A stretch of 64,000 nt of DNA from Chrysomallon squamiferum (Eukaryota; Animalia; Mollusca): assembly GCA_012295275.1 (NCBI GenBank), contig CM022679.1, positions 2,976,001 through 3,040,000 on the forward strand. The letters are read 5' to 3'. A program made the translations under genes and the position numbers. This document shows positions 25,562-38,731 of the stretch, piece after piece. The notes below the pieces were generated by a model that saw only the letters and a list, made by a program, of their open reading frames with translations, was not told the DNA's origin and made no database searches. Numbering within the stretch: position 1 is the stretch's first letter; every line of letters starts with the position of its first letter.

Positions 25562-25989
25562 GTTAACTGAATTTAATTGTAAATAACTGCATCATATTTG
25601 GTACAATATTTCAAGATAAAAGTATTAAAATAGACACTCATGATAATTCTCCTACAGAAGATTAATAGTATATTATGTGACTAAAAATCATGCAAGCAGT
25701 TTTATAAAAGGAATATAGATGTATATTTTTTCGCAAAACTAATTAACTCATAAATGTATAAATGATGTTTAACAAATGATAGAACATTGAGGATTATGTA
25801 GCTGATTTAATGTATTACTACAATTTACACTTTGTGTCTATACGCAAAGTTACAACCATTTTCCTAAATTTACTGTTTTGTGTTTTTGTCTTAAAGTAAT
25901 TGTTCCAAAATAATTGCAATCAGAATTGAATTGATACATTTTATGTAAAATAAAATATGATCATTCCATCCCTTGACATAATACAACAA

Positions 25990-28330
25990 TTTTTTCTTTG
26001 AGTTATTTCCCTTATACCATTATTGTTACTATTATTATTATTTATTATTTGGTGCTTATGGACTTTCTTCTTTTTCTTTACTGTTTTATTGATGGGGATT
26101 TATCATTTGATTTTTAGTGTTGGTAATTTTGTGTGACTCTGGCTTTATTTATTTATTTATTATTAATGCCTTATTGGATGAACAGAAATTCTCAGTGTTA
26201 TGTTTTGCTTGTCACACTTCCTCAAGCTTTGTTGTTTATTTTATTTCATGATTTTTGTTTTATGTTCTGTACCTTAGGTGAACAGTCCCCCAGAAACACA
26301 TTTTCAAGTATGAGTTCCTGTATTAGCCACTCTGAGGTGGGGGTATCATCACTCACCAGGTGACTCACTGTTGCTGCATTTAAGGTACAAATTATAAAAA
26401 AATAATGGTGAGGAATTATTTTAAAAAATTAATTAATTAATTAAAAAATAAAAATAAATTAATTAAAAAATGAAAATTATTAAAAAATAAAAATAAAAAA
26501 TAAAAATAAATGAATTAAAAAATAATAAATAATAAAAAAATATAAATAAATTTTAAAATTTAAAAATTAAAAATAAATAAATGAATAAATAATAATAATA
26601 ATAAGTAAATATTTAGGAAAAAAAAAAAAGATTAAAGTTTTCAGAAACAAAATAAAAAATACCAAATAAAATAAAAATAAATAAATAAATTTTTTTTTTT
26701 TTTTTAAAAGGACAGAAAAAGTTATGTGAAGGAGATGTTTGTATGCAGGAAAATGGCATCTCTTTAATCTTTCTTCTTCTTGGTCTTCTTTCCTCCATGT
26801 AGGGTGTATTCATGTTGAATGCATGTTGCAGAAGAAAATAAATAAATAAATAGATAAACAAAGTAAAGTAAAGTAAAGTAAAAAAGTAATAAAACAAAGT
26901 AAAGTAAAGTAAAATAAAAAAAAAATAAAAAAAATGTATAATAAAATAAAAAAAAATTAAAATTAAAAAAAAATAAAATAAAAAAAAAAAAAAAAAAAAT
27001 AAATAAATAAATAAAATAAATAAATAAATAAAAGGACAGAAAAAGATGTGTGAAGAAGATGTTTGTATGCAGGAAAATGACAGTGGATCTTCTCTCTTGA
27101 CTCTTTTTTTATTCTTGGTCTTTCTTCCATGTAATGTCTATTTGTGTTGTATGCATGTTGCAGAATAAAATAATAAACAAAATATATAAAAATAAAAATA
27201 ACTAAATAAATGAAATAAAAAAAAGAAAGAATTAGAATAAAATAAAATAAAATAAAATAAAATAAAATAAAACAATAATGAAATAAAAATAAATAAATAA
27301 ATAAAATAAAACAAATAAATATAAAAGGACAGAGAAAGATGTTTGAAGAAGATGTTTGTATGCAGGAAAATGAATGTGGATTCTTCCATCTCTTGACTTT
27401 TCTTTCTTTTTCTTGGTCTACTTTCTTCCATGTAGGACGTATTCGTGTAGTATGCGTCATGCGGAAGGATAGAAAATGAAAATGAAAAAATAACTAAACA
27501 AAATTTAAATATCAAAATAATAATAATAATAATAACAATAATAACAATAATAACAATAATAATAAATTAATTAATTAATAATTAAACGAAAAAGAATTTA
27601 AAAAATGAAAAGAAATTTAGAAGCGTAGGCCGAAATGATTTTTAAAAATTACCAAAAATTTGAACGCTGATTTAGACGGTTCGCCAAAATAATGAAGATC
27701 GGAATCTATATTTTCAGAAACCATGCCGAAATCAAATTTTAATTTCCGATCGAGAACCTCATGCAGCTCAGATTTAGTTTCTGAAAGTCACAATTGGTTA
27801 CCACTGACGACATTATTTATAAACATTGTAAAGCGGACGTCACGGAGAACGCAAGAGGAGTTTGACGTCAGCTTTTTAAAATGACACTAGGCTGTGTTTC
27901 TTTTTAATGAAATTATTTTAATTTAAAATTTGTTATAATATTTTACTTGAAAAGCCGGATAAAATATTTGGCAAGCAACTTCTAATTTCAGTTTATTACT
28001 TTAATACGTCAGGAAAATGGATGTGTAACTTATAATTTCATAAATTTAAAGTATCGAAAACGGTTTTCACATTAAATGTTACATTTAATTACCGTTTTGA
28101 TATAGCTTTTAATACATTATTTTTATATTTGCTGTTTAATAATAAATTAAAATTGCAGCTACCAAATGTGTAAGAAATAAGATACCTCAAAACTTCATAA
28201 TTACAAAATTATTTCATTTCTTAACCAATTGTCTTGAACATGGCGTTCGATTTGTTCGTGACGTTTCCTCTGCTACTTTCGTCGATTTACGGTTATTTGG
28301 CTCGGACATTCTCGGGTATTGTCGGATTTG
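25990..28330 (+). repeat. Left arm of the inverted repeat, with three ~130 bp modules (26707-26833, 27032-27165, 27324-27470)
   Basis: Modules aaaggacagaaaaag..gatgtttgtatgcaggaaaatg..catgttgcagaa are separated by A-rich low-complexity spacers. Confidence 0.9.
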
Positions 28331-28596
28331 TATCGGAAAACGTGATTCAGGCACAGTTTATTATTTATTTGTTTTCTTCTTCTTTAATTTTATTTATTTA
28401 CTTATTTATTATTATTATTAATAATAATATTATTATTTATTTATTTATTTATTATTATTATTTATTATTTATTATTATTATTTATTATTATTATTTGTAC
28501 TGCTTTATTTAACTGTCCTCTTTTATTGAACTACTTTGATAAGGTTGACGGTATACATCACTCATTTTAATCATGTACCCACTACGGTGAATATAT

Positions 28597-28600
<4 letters not shown>

Positions 28601-28660
<60 letters not shown>
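28601..28660 (+). repeat. (TC)n microsatellite
   Basis: About 29 TC units followed by (TA)n. Confidence 0.95.
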
Positions 28661-28661
<1 letters not shown>

Positions 28662-30138
28662 TTATATATATATATATTTTCTTTATTTTTTGATAACATC
28701 CTGCTGTGATGCAGTGGAAATACATTTTATATTTGAAATTTCTTAATAAGAATGAGCCATTTTTGTAAGTCAAGCACAAGAATTTAGAAATATTTTAAAG
28801 TTACCCAAGTAAGTTGATCTTTACAATTTTGATTTATCTTGGATGGACTGATGCTTAAATAAGTCTTGATGCTTGACTGTTGGATGCATCAGTTAATTAA
28901 TATTTGTTTTCCAATCTTTTGCCGCGCGCACGCACGCACACACACACAGACACAGACAGAACTTTGCTGCTATACTGCCGGCATTTTCTATTAGCAGCGA
29001 GCAATCCTTTTTCTGAAGCTTTTTGAGGCAACTCTGGTCAGTAAAGAATGAAAATGTATAATTTACAAAGATTAAGTAATGATTAAACTGATAAATGAAT
29101 ATGTATATTAAATAATAGAGATTTTATATTGTGTATTATTAATTGTACATGACAAGAAAACGTCTGAAGCAAACTAATTATATTAAATAAAACAAACACT
29201 TGTAAACTATATACCTTACTTTGGTCAAATAAGGACATTACAGACATAAACATCTAAATATTTACTTATTATTTTTTTTTTTTTTTCTTCCTTTCATTTT
29301 TTTTTTTTTTTTTTTTTTTATTTGGGTATTAAGTATTAGCAATACAAACATGCCATTATAATTTTGTTTTGCTTTATAAATATATATATATATATATATA
29401 TATAGTCGTATATAGGTTATCAAAAGATTATGTTGGGGATGATTTCGTAACACCCACATCATAGATTTTGAAAACGTTTATATAGATATTTTTATTTAGA
29501 AAGTTGTTGTTTGTTCTTTATTTGTAAGGTCAAATTCCATTTTCAAAAATGATTGTTATGTATAGAAATAAGTTATTTATTCTTGTTCATTGGTTGGTTT
29601 CTTTCTTTCCTTTTTAGCTCTGATACAGAAAGGAATAAGAAAGAATAATTTTGATTCAGAAGACGTGTTTTCTTTATAGCAAAGTTTCTTCTTCCTTTCT
29701 ATCTCATATCTGTTGTCACTACAGGCGTCTTTCAAAAGTGATGACATTGCATAAAAAAAAAATAATAATAATAATAAAAAAAAAAAAAAAAAAATCAAAA
29801 AAAAATCTTATGACGTCAGACTCCCAGTTTCGAACAGTGATCTAGAACCTTCTTTCTGCGTCAGACGTACAAATTTCATTCTTTGGCCGTTTTATTTTAT
29901 TTTATTTTAGTTTAGTTTAGTTCTAGTATTGGTTTTATTTTCAGCTGAGTGAATATTTTCTACGACGTTGGGAGTTCAGTCCACATAGGTAATTATTAAT
30001 GATTTATAAATGATTACAATATTGTAGTAGAGTTACGGAATTTTATAATTTATCTGAATTTTGTTCTTTCGTTTCGAAGTAAAAAATTTTTTTTCACATT
30101 CATGGGAGACTGGTAGTTTTTGTGAGGTTTTTATTTTC

Positions 30139-30199
<61 letters not shown>

Positions 30200-30462
30200 T
30201 AATTAATTAATTTTTTTATATTTGTTTATTATATTTCTTATTTTTATTTATTTTTATTTTATTTCTATTTTTATTATTATTATTTATTTTTTTTTTTTTT
30301 TTTTTTTTCCAGACACCTAGATGAACTGAAACTGAAACTCGTTCTTCTGTTCTGTATAACTTTTCTTTCAAGGACAAGGAGCAGACGGCGTGGGATTCTA
30401 GTCTTCTTGTAATAAGCACGACGCTCATGTCTGGTTGTTGGGAATTTTCTCCCCTGGTGTAG

Positions 30463-32660
30463 ACCAGCAGACGACTTCCGGCTCAAATTTATCTGCAACA
30501 TCTTCTGAGTAGGTATCATCCTCGACAGTTACCAGTCTGATAAACTTCACTTCATGCCAGCATTCTTATTCGTAGTGCAGCTTTGAATCCATTACGAATC
30601 GGCAGCGTTAAATGACTAAGTGATTGCAATGTCTTTGAAGATTTTGAAACTGCATATTTTAATGAACCTCTCCACTGCTTCATAGATGATCGCTTTGGTT
30701 TCACATACAACCAAATAAACTGAAAATAATTTAATGTTTAAGATTTTATTATTTTATTATTATTATTTTTTATTATTATTATTATTTTATTTTTTTTTTA
30801 TTTCTAAAACTGACTTCATATCATAAAACAGCAAATATTTCTGATCTAAGGTTAACTGGAAATAATCACAGCTGGAAATATTTAAAAATATTTTTGTGTT
30901 GTTTATCAAAGAAACGGACATTTTGTTTTCAAAATATTTTGTACATTCCGTCGTACTACACACCAGCAGATGATTTCTGGCTCAAATTTATCTGCAACAT
31001 CTTCTGAGTAGGTATCATCCTCGACAGTTACCAGTCTGATGAACATCACTTCGTGCCAGCATTCTTATTCGTAGTGCAGCTTTGAATCCATTACGAATCG
31101 GCAGCATTAAATGACTAAGTGATTGCAATGTCTTTGAAGATTTTGAAAGATTTTAATGAACCTTGTATTTGAATGCAGCTTTGAATCCATTACGAATCGG
31201 CAGCGTTAATTTTATTTTTGGCTAAAATGATTGCAAATGTTTTGAAGATTTTAAAACTGTTGGAAATATTTTAATGAACTTTTTCCACTGCTGTTTATAG
31301 ATGATCGGACATTTTGTTTTCAAAACATACAACCAAATAAACTGAAAATAATTTAATGATTAAGATTTTATCATTATTAGTTTTTATTTTTTTTTCGTAA
31401 AAGCTTTGAATTCATTATAAAACAGTTAAATGACAAATATTTCTGATCTTTGAAATTTTAACTTTAAAATATCACTGCTTCACAGATGGAAATATTTACA
31501 AAAATCTTTTTGTTTACGATTTTGTTTATCAAAGAAACGGACATTTTTTTTCTTTCAAAATATTTTGTATCATAAAACAGCAAATGTTTCTGATTAGGTT
31601 AACGAAATAATCTGGAAATATTTTAAAATCTTTTTGTACGTTGTTTACAAAGCAGACATTTTGTTTTCAAAATATTTTGTACATGCCGTTGTTCTACACA
31701 CCAGCAGATGATTTCTGGCTGAATTTTATCTGCAACATCTTCTGAGTAGGTATCATCCTCGACAGTTACCAGTCTGATGAACTTCACTTCGTGTCAACAT
31801 TCTTATTCGTAGTGCAGCTTTGAATCCATTACGAATCGGCAGCATTAAATGGCTAAGTGATTGCAATGTCTTTGAAGATTTTGAAACTGCATATTTTAAT
31901 GAACCTCTCCACTGCTTCATAGGTGATCGCTTTGACTTCACATACAACCAAATGAACTGAAAATAATTTAAAGTTTAAGATTTTATATTATTATTTTTAT
32001 TATTTTTTTTTTTTTTTTTTCTTCTAAAATTGACTTCATATCATAAAACAGCAAATATTTCTGATCTAAGATTAACTGGTAAATATCACAGTTGGAAATA
32101 TTTATAAATCTTTTTGTATGTTGTTTATCAAAGAATCGGACATTTTGTTTTCAAAATATTTTGTACATTCCGTCGTACTACACACCAGCAGATGACGTCT
32201 GGCTCAAATTTATCTGCAACATCTTCTGAGTAGGTATCATCCTCGACAGTTACCAGTCTGATAAACTTCACTTCATGCCAGCATTCTTATTCGTAGTGCA
32301 GCTTTGAATCCATTACGAATCTGCAGCGTTAAATGACTAAGTGATTGCAATGTCTTTGAAGATTTTGAAACTGCATATTTTAATGAACCTCTCCACTGCT
32401 TCATAGGTGATCGCTTTGACTTCACATACAACCAATTAAACAGAAAATAATTTAATGTTTAAGATTTTATATTATTATTTTTTTTTTACTTTTTATTATT
32501 ATTATTTTTTTTTTTCTTCTAAAGTTGACTTCATATCATAAAACAGAAAATATTTCTGATCTAAGGTTAACTGGTAAATATCACAGTTGGAAATATTTAT
32601 CAAAGATACGGACATTTTGTTTTCAAAATATTTTGTATATTACGTCATACTACACACCTG
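30463..32660. repeat. ~485-500 bp tandem repeat (four good copies plus a scrambled partial copy) in the loop of the foldback element
   Basis: Unit starts ccagcaga(c/t)ga..aaatttatctgcaacatcttctgagtaggtatcatcctcgacagttaccagtctgat at 30464, 30963, 31701 and 32185. Confidence 0.92.
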
Positions 32661-33419
32661 ATTTTTATAAAATTTCGCACAGTCTCAGATATTAAAAATA
32701 TACAAATATAAAAACCACAGCAAACTAAAAAAATATTATTTAAGTACCTAGAAACAGATTTTGTTTTAAGAAATAGGAATTGTCTGGTAATGTTTATATA
32801 TAAATTGTCTTTTCATCTTGGATAAATTTATCTTCTGTATAAACTCATTGTAGCATTCCTGTCATTTTTAAAATTATTTTATTTTATTTATTTTTATTTA
32901 CTTATTTATTTCAGTAGACTAATGTAAAATTTATCTACTATTAAATTTTGTATTTAATTAACTGAAGACAACAAAACATGTAAAAATGTACGTTATAATT
33001 CAGAGAGAAAGAAAAATGAAATAAAAAAATATCAAATCCTGAATAAGAGTTTCTTTTTATTTTATATTTAAAATTAAATTGTATTTGATCAAACACACCA
33101 AGGGACAGTTAAAATAAATAAATAATAATAATAACAATAATTGTGCATATTTTATTGAAGTAAATTCAATCTGAATAACATTTTCCAATGACAGTGCACA
33201 TAAAAAAGTATTTATTGTTTCCTTCAATTTGGACCTCTTCTTTAAATACCGAGGTATGTTTGTTAAATTATGATTCTTAAAATTTTGTCTTCTGTTCGTT
33301 TTAGAAAAAAAGTGAATAAACAAATAAACAGGAAAAATGAACATCAATAAAATTTGTAACAAAACTAATAATAATGTGGTTTAATACGGTGTATTTTACT
33401 GAAATAAATGAACTCTATG

Positions 33420-34217
33420 CACATTCGAAAATACTTTTTATCGATCGGCCGAAAATATCCGAGTTAAATTATCGAGAATTAACGAAAGAACTGCGGAAAC
33501 GTCAAGAACGAATCAAACGAAGTGTAAATCCGCAGGTAAAAATATGAAATAATTTTGCAATTATCAAGCCCAAAGCTATCCTGTTGCTTACACATTTTTG
33601 CACCTGCTTTTTTTAATAATATTAAACAATAAATATAAAGATTTTATACTAAACATTATACCAAATGGAAATAAAATAAAATAATCAACGTGAACATTGT
33701 TTTCGACACTTTAAATTTACAAAACTGAACGTTACACATGCGCTTTAGTGGATTATTAGAGTGATAAACTGAAACTAGAAGTTATTTGCAAAATATTTTA
33801 ATCGGCTTTTCTAGTAAAATATTCATATCAAATTTTAAATGAATTTAATTTCAGACAAAAGAAACACAGACTAGTGCCATTTTAACGGACTGATGTTACA
33901 TTTCTCTTGCGTTCTCCGTCACGTCCGCTTCAGCGTTTATAAATAACGTCGTCACGGGCAACCAATTGTGACTTTCAGAAACCAGTTTTAACGTGTAAGA
34001 GGTTCTCGATCGGAAATTAAGTTTAGAACTTGGCATTCAGGGTACTTTCATCAAATTCGGCAATGTTTCTGAAAATATAGAATCCGATCTTCATTATTTT
34101 GGCGAACCGTCTAAATCAGCGTCCAAATGTTTGAAAAAAAAAAAATGCTTTTAATCATTTCGGCCGACGCTTCTAAATTTCTTTTGTATTTTTTTTTTCT
34201 CATTTTTTGTTTACTTA

Positions 34218-34264
<47 letters not shown>

Positions 34265-35144
34265 TTGATTTTGATTTTGATTTTTTCATGTCATTTTTTT
34301 TTTTATCCTTCCGCATATTATTGTTATTATTATTTTGATTTTTATTCTTAAATTGTTTAGTAATTTTTTCATTTTCATTTTTGTTTTATTTTTTATCCTT
34401 CCGCATCATTAATACAACAGGAATACACCTTACTTGGAAGAAATTAGAGAGAAGAGTCAAGAGATGGAAGATCCCACTGCCATTTTCCTGCATACAAACA
34501 GCTTCTTCATATAACTTTTTCTGTCCTTTTATTTTTATTTATTTATTTATTTTATTTTATTTTATTTTATTTCAGTATTTATTATTATTATTTTTATTAT
34601 TATTTATATTATTATTATTATTGTTATTATTATTATTATTTTATTATTTTTTTTATTTTTTTATTTTATTTATTTATTTTGTTCTGCAACACGCATTCAG
34701 CATGAATACACCCCACATGGAGGAAAGAAGACCAAGAAGAAGAAAGAAGATTAAAGAGATGCCATTTTCCTGCATACAAACATCTCCTTCACATAACTTT
34801 TTCTGTCCTTTTATTTATTTCATTATTTTTATTTCATTATTTTTATTTCATTATTATTATTTTTTGAAATTTTATTTTATTTTTATTTTATTATACATTT
34901 TATTTGTATTTTATTATATTTTAATTTAATTTAATTAATTTAATTTAATTTAATTTTTTTTCTTCTGCAACATACATTCAACATAAATACACCCTACATG
35001 GAGGAAAGAAGACCAAGAAGAAGAAAGATTCAAGAGATGCCATTTTCCTGCATACAAACATCTTCACATAACTTTTTCTGTCCTTTTTAAAAAAAAAAAA
35101 AAATATTTATTTATTATTATTATTATAATTATTATTATTATTAT

Positions 35145-35179
<35 letters not shown>

Positions 35180-35208
35180 AATTATTATTTATTTTTTTTT
35201 TTTTTTTT

Positions 35209-35251
<43 letters not shown>

Positions 35252-35812
35252 TCTGCAACATGCATTCAACATGAATACACCCTACATGGAAGAAAGAAGA
35301 CCAAGAAGAAGAAAGAAGATTCAAGAGATGCCATTTTCCTGCATACAAACATCTTCTTCACATAACTTTTTCTGTCCTTTTTTTTCAAATTTATTTATTT
35401 TTATTTTAATATGGTATTATTTTTTTTTAATGAAAATTTAATCCTTTTTTTTTAAATATTTACTTATTATTATTTTTTTATTTTTTATTTTTTTTTATAT
35501 TTTTTTAATAATCCTCACCATTATTTTTATAATTTGTACCTTAAATGCAGCAACAGTGAGTCACCTGGTGAGTGATGATACCCCCACCTCAGAGTGGCTA
35601 ATACAGGAACTCATACTTGAAAATGTGTTTCTGGGGGACTGTTCACCCAAGGTACAGAACATAAAACATAAATCATGAAATAAAACAAATGAAACAAAAA
35701 GATTTGAGGAAGAACGACAAGATGATGAAGACAAGATAATTAAAATTAAGAATGAAAATTTCTATTTATCCACTATTGCATTTACAATAACAACCAAAAA
35801 AAAAAAAAAAAA

Positions 35813-35843
<31 letters not shown>

Positions 35844-36020
35844 AGAACAAACATACAAAATTAATTATAATAAAATAAAATAACAATTCCACCCATCAAA
35901 AACAAACAAGAATCATTCAGCATTAAATGAAAATAGACAATGAAGAATTTTGAGTTGACAACAACAACAACAATAATGATGAATACAATACCATAAGAGA
36001 AATAACTTAAGAAAAAAAAA
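33420..36020 (-). repeat. Right arm of the inverted repeat, with four ~130 bp modules (34396-34530, 34682-34812, 34962-35086, 35251-35380)
   Basis: Reverse-complement modules ttctgcaaca..cattttcctgcatacaaacatc..tttttctgtccttt are separated by T-rich spacers. Confidence 0.9.
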
Positions 36021-38695
36021 AACACACACATGCAACAAATTACAAAATTTTGATGAAACATTAAAATTTGTTAAAATAATTCACTTTACTTCCTTAAAAT
36101 TATCATCATTTGTAAATTATCAATATTTGTTACTTTTCTACATCAGTGTTGAAACACACACACGCACACACACACACACACAGGCACATGCACACACAGT
36201 AACATACATACATATATAAAAATTATGTAAATAAATATAAATAAATAAATTATATATTAACAATAAAATATTATTTTATATCACTGCATCAGACAGGAAG
36301 TAATTATAGAGTACCTGATGTCATGCAAAAAATAATAAATATATAATTTAATGAAAATACTTCTTTAAAAAGTATTATGCACGATGTCATGTTTTCTTTT
36401 CTTTAAAAAATAAAATGTTATGTTAAGCATTTATGCTTGTGTCAGGGATAGGGTCATATCAACTATTACACTGAAACTGTGCAAATTCTAATGTTGTCTT
36501 AGGAAATATTAGTGCTAGCTCACTGAACTGAACCAAAGTGAAAAGCAGTGTGTGATATGTTTAGCAAGCCTAATTGATACTAAACACTTTTCCTCAAGTT
36601 TCACTTATTACTATTACCAAATTTTGACCTCAAATTTGCTTTATACATAACACTCAATGGAAAATGTTTTGTAAATACATTCCTAAATGATTGTTTTCTT
36701 TTATCTCATTAAATTTTTAAACAAATGTGTGTTTTAGTGCATGCGGTTTGTAAATTATTACTCTTTATTTTTCACTATGTTGTATAAAAATGACTGAACA
36801 CCATTTAACATGTAACATTTTTATTGTAAACCATAAAGCTAACATAAAAAGAAAAAGAAAACCACACCTAAAACTAGTTGACAATTTAGTAACTGAAAGC
36901 ACAATATTACAAAAACATCAGTGACATAAATATAATATGCATAAATAGATTTTAAAAACATTTTAAATTTTGATATGTATTTAGCTTACAAATATTTTAT
37001 TTTATTACTTTTTAGGCAAAAATAAATTACAACATTTCTGATTTTTAACAATGCTTTTTTATCATTTTACTTGAAAATACATTTTCATAAATAAAATAAT
37101 TTAATTTTTTTAAATTCAATAACTAATTGTGTTAGCAACAAAAGTTTCTAAAATAAACAGTTTATTTTAAATATGTACCTATAAAAATATTTAAATATTT
37201 CTGATTGGATATTAAAAAACAAATAAATAAAAATTTAAAATATATTTTGCGTCCAATATTACTGAAGTACCCTTCTGTAATGTCTAATGTCAAGAAAAAA
37301 ATATTTAGCTCCAAAATATTAATATTAAATGAACATAAATATTTACAAAACTTTGGATAAGCTCTCAAATATTATGCATATAAAAAAAATAATTAAAAAA
37401 AGGTTTCACCATTTTAATAAAATTAAAAAAAAGAAATGAGATGCTTTTGATAAAGGGAGTCATAAAATGTAAATTTATAACTTTTAACAGGAAATGTATC
37501 AACACCACAAAAAACAAACTAATCTACATGTTACTAAGAGTAACAAGTAGGCTTCTCTTTATTAAATAATTTGACAAATAAAAATAGAATACTTGAAATA
37601 ACAAATCTAGCCCCAAAAAATACTTTGCCAAGAGTTAACATCAAAATCTGGAAAATATTTTGTTATAAAGGAGTTAAGAAATTCAAATGGCAGTTCAAGA
37701 TGGTAAAATAAAAGTATACAAGCAAAAATTGTCCTTAATAATTTTAACAACAAAAATATTCATAAATATACAGACACATTAATAAGCAAAAGCTTAAGGG
37801 AAAATAACAGAAAAAACCATGTAAAAATAACAGGATAATATTTGTTATGACTTGGAATGTTGAACACATGATGTAGTGAACGCACTGGAGAAAAGTATCA
37901 GTGGAAACAAATAACAAAATTTCACTGTAGAGGGGCGTTCTAACTAAATGACTTCATTCACTTTTTTGTATGTTCAGGTGTCATATAAAATTTGTTAAAA
38001 AGAAGTAAAACTCTCTTTTTTTTTCGCATTTTAGAAGACCACTGTCTTAATAAGCTCCTTTTTTTAACAAAGCTTTGATGTAACTTAACAATACATTATT
38101 CTGTTTCCATTTTGTTGAATGTTAACTTAGAAAATAAAAAATCATTCTTCTCATTAAAAAAAATAAATAAAGTGTCATAATTATTTACTGGGATTTTAAA
38201 AGTAATAACAGTATACATGATATGCTTTGCTATAACATTTTAATAATTCAAAAAATTTCTGAATAATTTGGATGTAAATTTAACACTGTATCAAAATTAT
38301 GTGTGTTAGTTATATTCATTAGTTTTAGCACAATAAAAATTAACATTTTCTTGCAGTATATACCAAAACAATAAATACTGTGTAACATTATTTTCTCTGA
38401 AGTCTATAATCACATATACAAATTCTGATAAATACAAACATATACTACAGTAGTAGTGTTTATTAACTACTGCACTGTATTTATAAAATAAAATATACAT
38501 ACAGGGTACAAGAAATAACAATAACAACAGCAGTAACAATAACAATAATAATAACAATAATAATTATAATAATATTATAAATTTGTCTGTTTGTTTTTTT
38601 TCCCAAAAGTTATGTTTGTTCATTTTCATAAAATAATACCTTGACAGTGTAGAAAATGTACTTAAGTTTTTTGTAAATAAGTAGATTTTAATATG

Positions 38696-38731
<36 letters not shown>

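Larger units (their letters stand above)
25990..36020. mobile_element. Large foldback-type (long inverted repeat) element with no intact transposase ORF
   Basis: 26240-26415 is a near-perfect reverse complement of 35510-35685. Inverted homology continues inward (27610-28330 vs 33420-34185) and, more weakly, outward to ~25990 and ~36020. The arms contain repeated ~130 bp modules. Confidence 0.75.

Noticed and set aside
26613-27515. ORFs of 94-165 aa here and the mirrored 182 aa ORF at 34381-34929
   Set aside because: They are F/I/L/Y-rich translations of A/T tracts and repeat modules, not protein-like.
31753-31947. 64 aa ORF in the tandem repeat
   Set aside because: The same frame has an earlier stop in the other copies and shows no recognisable domain.
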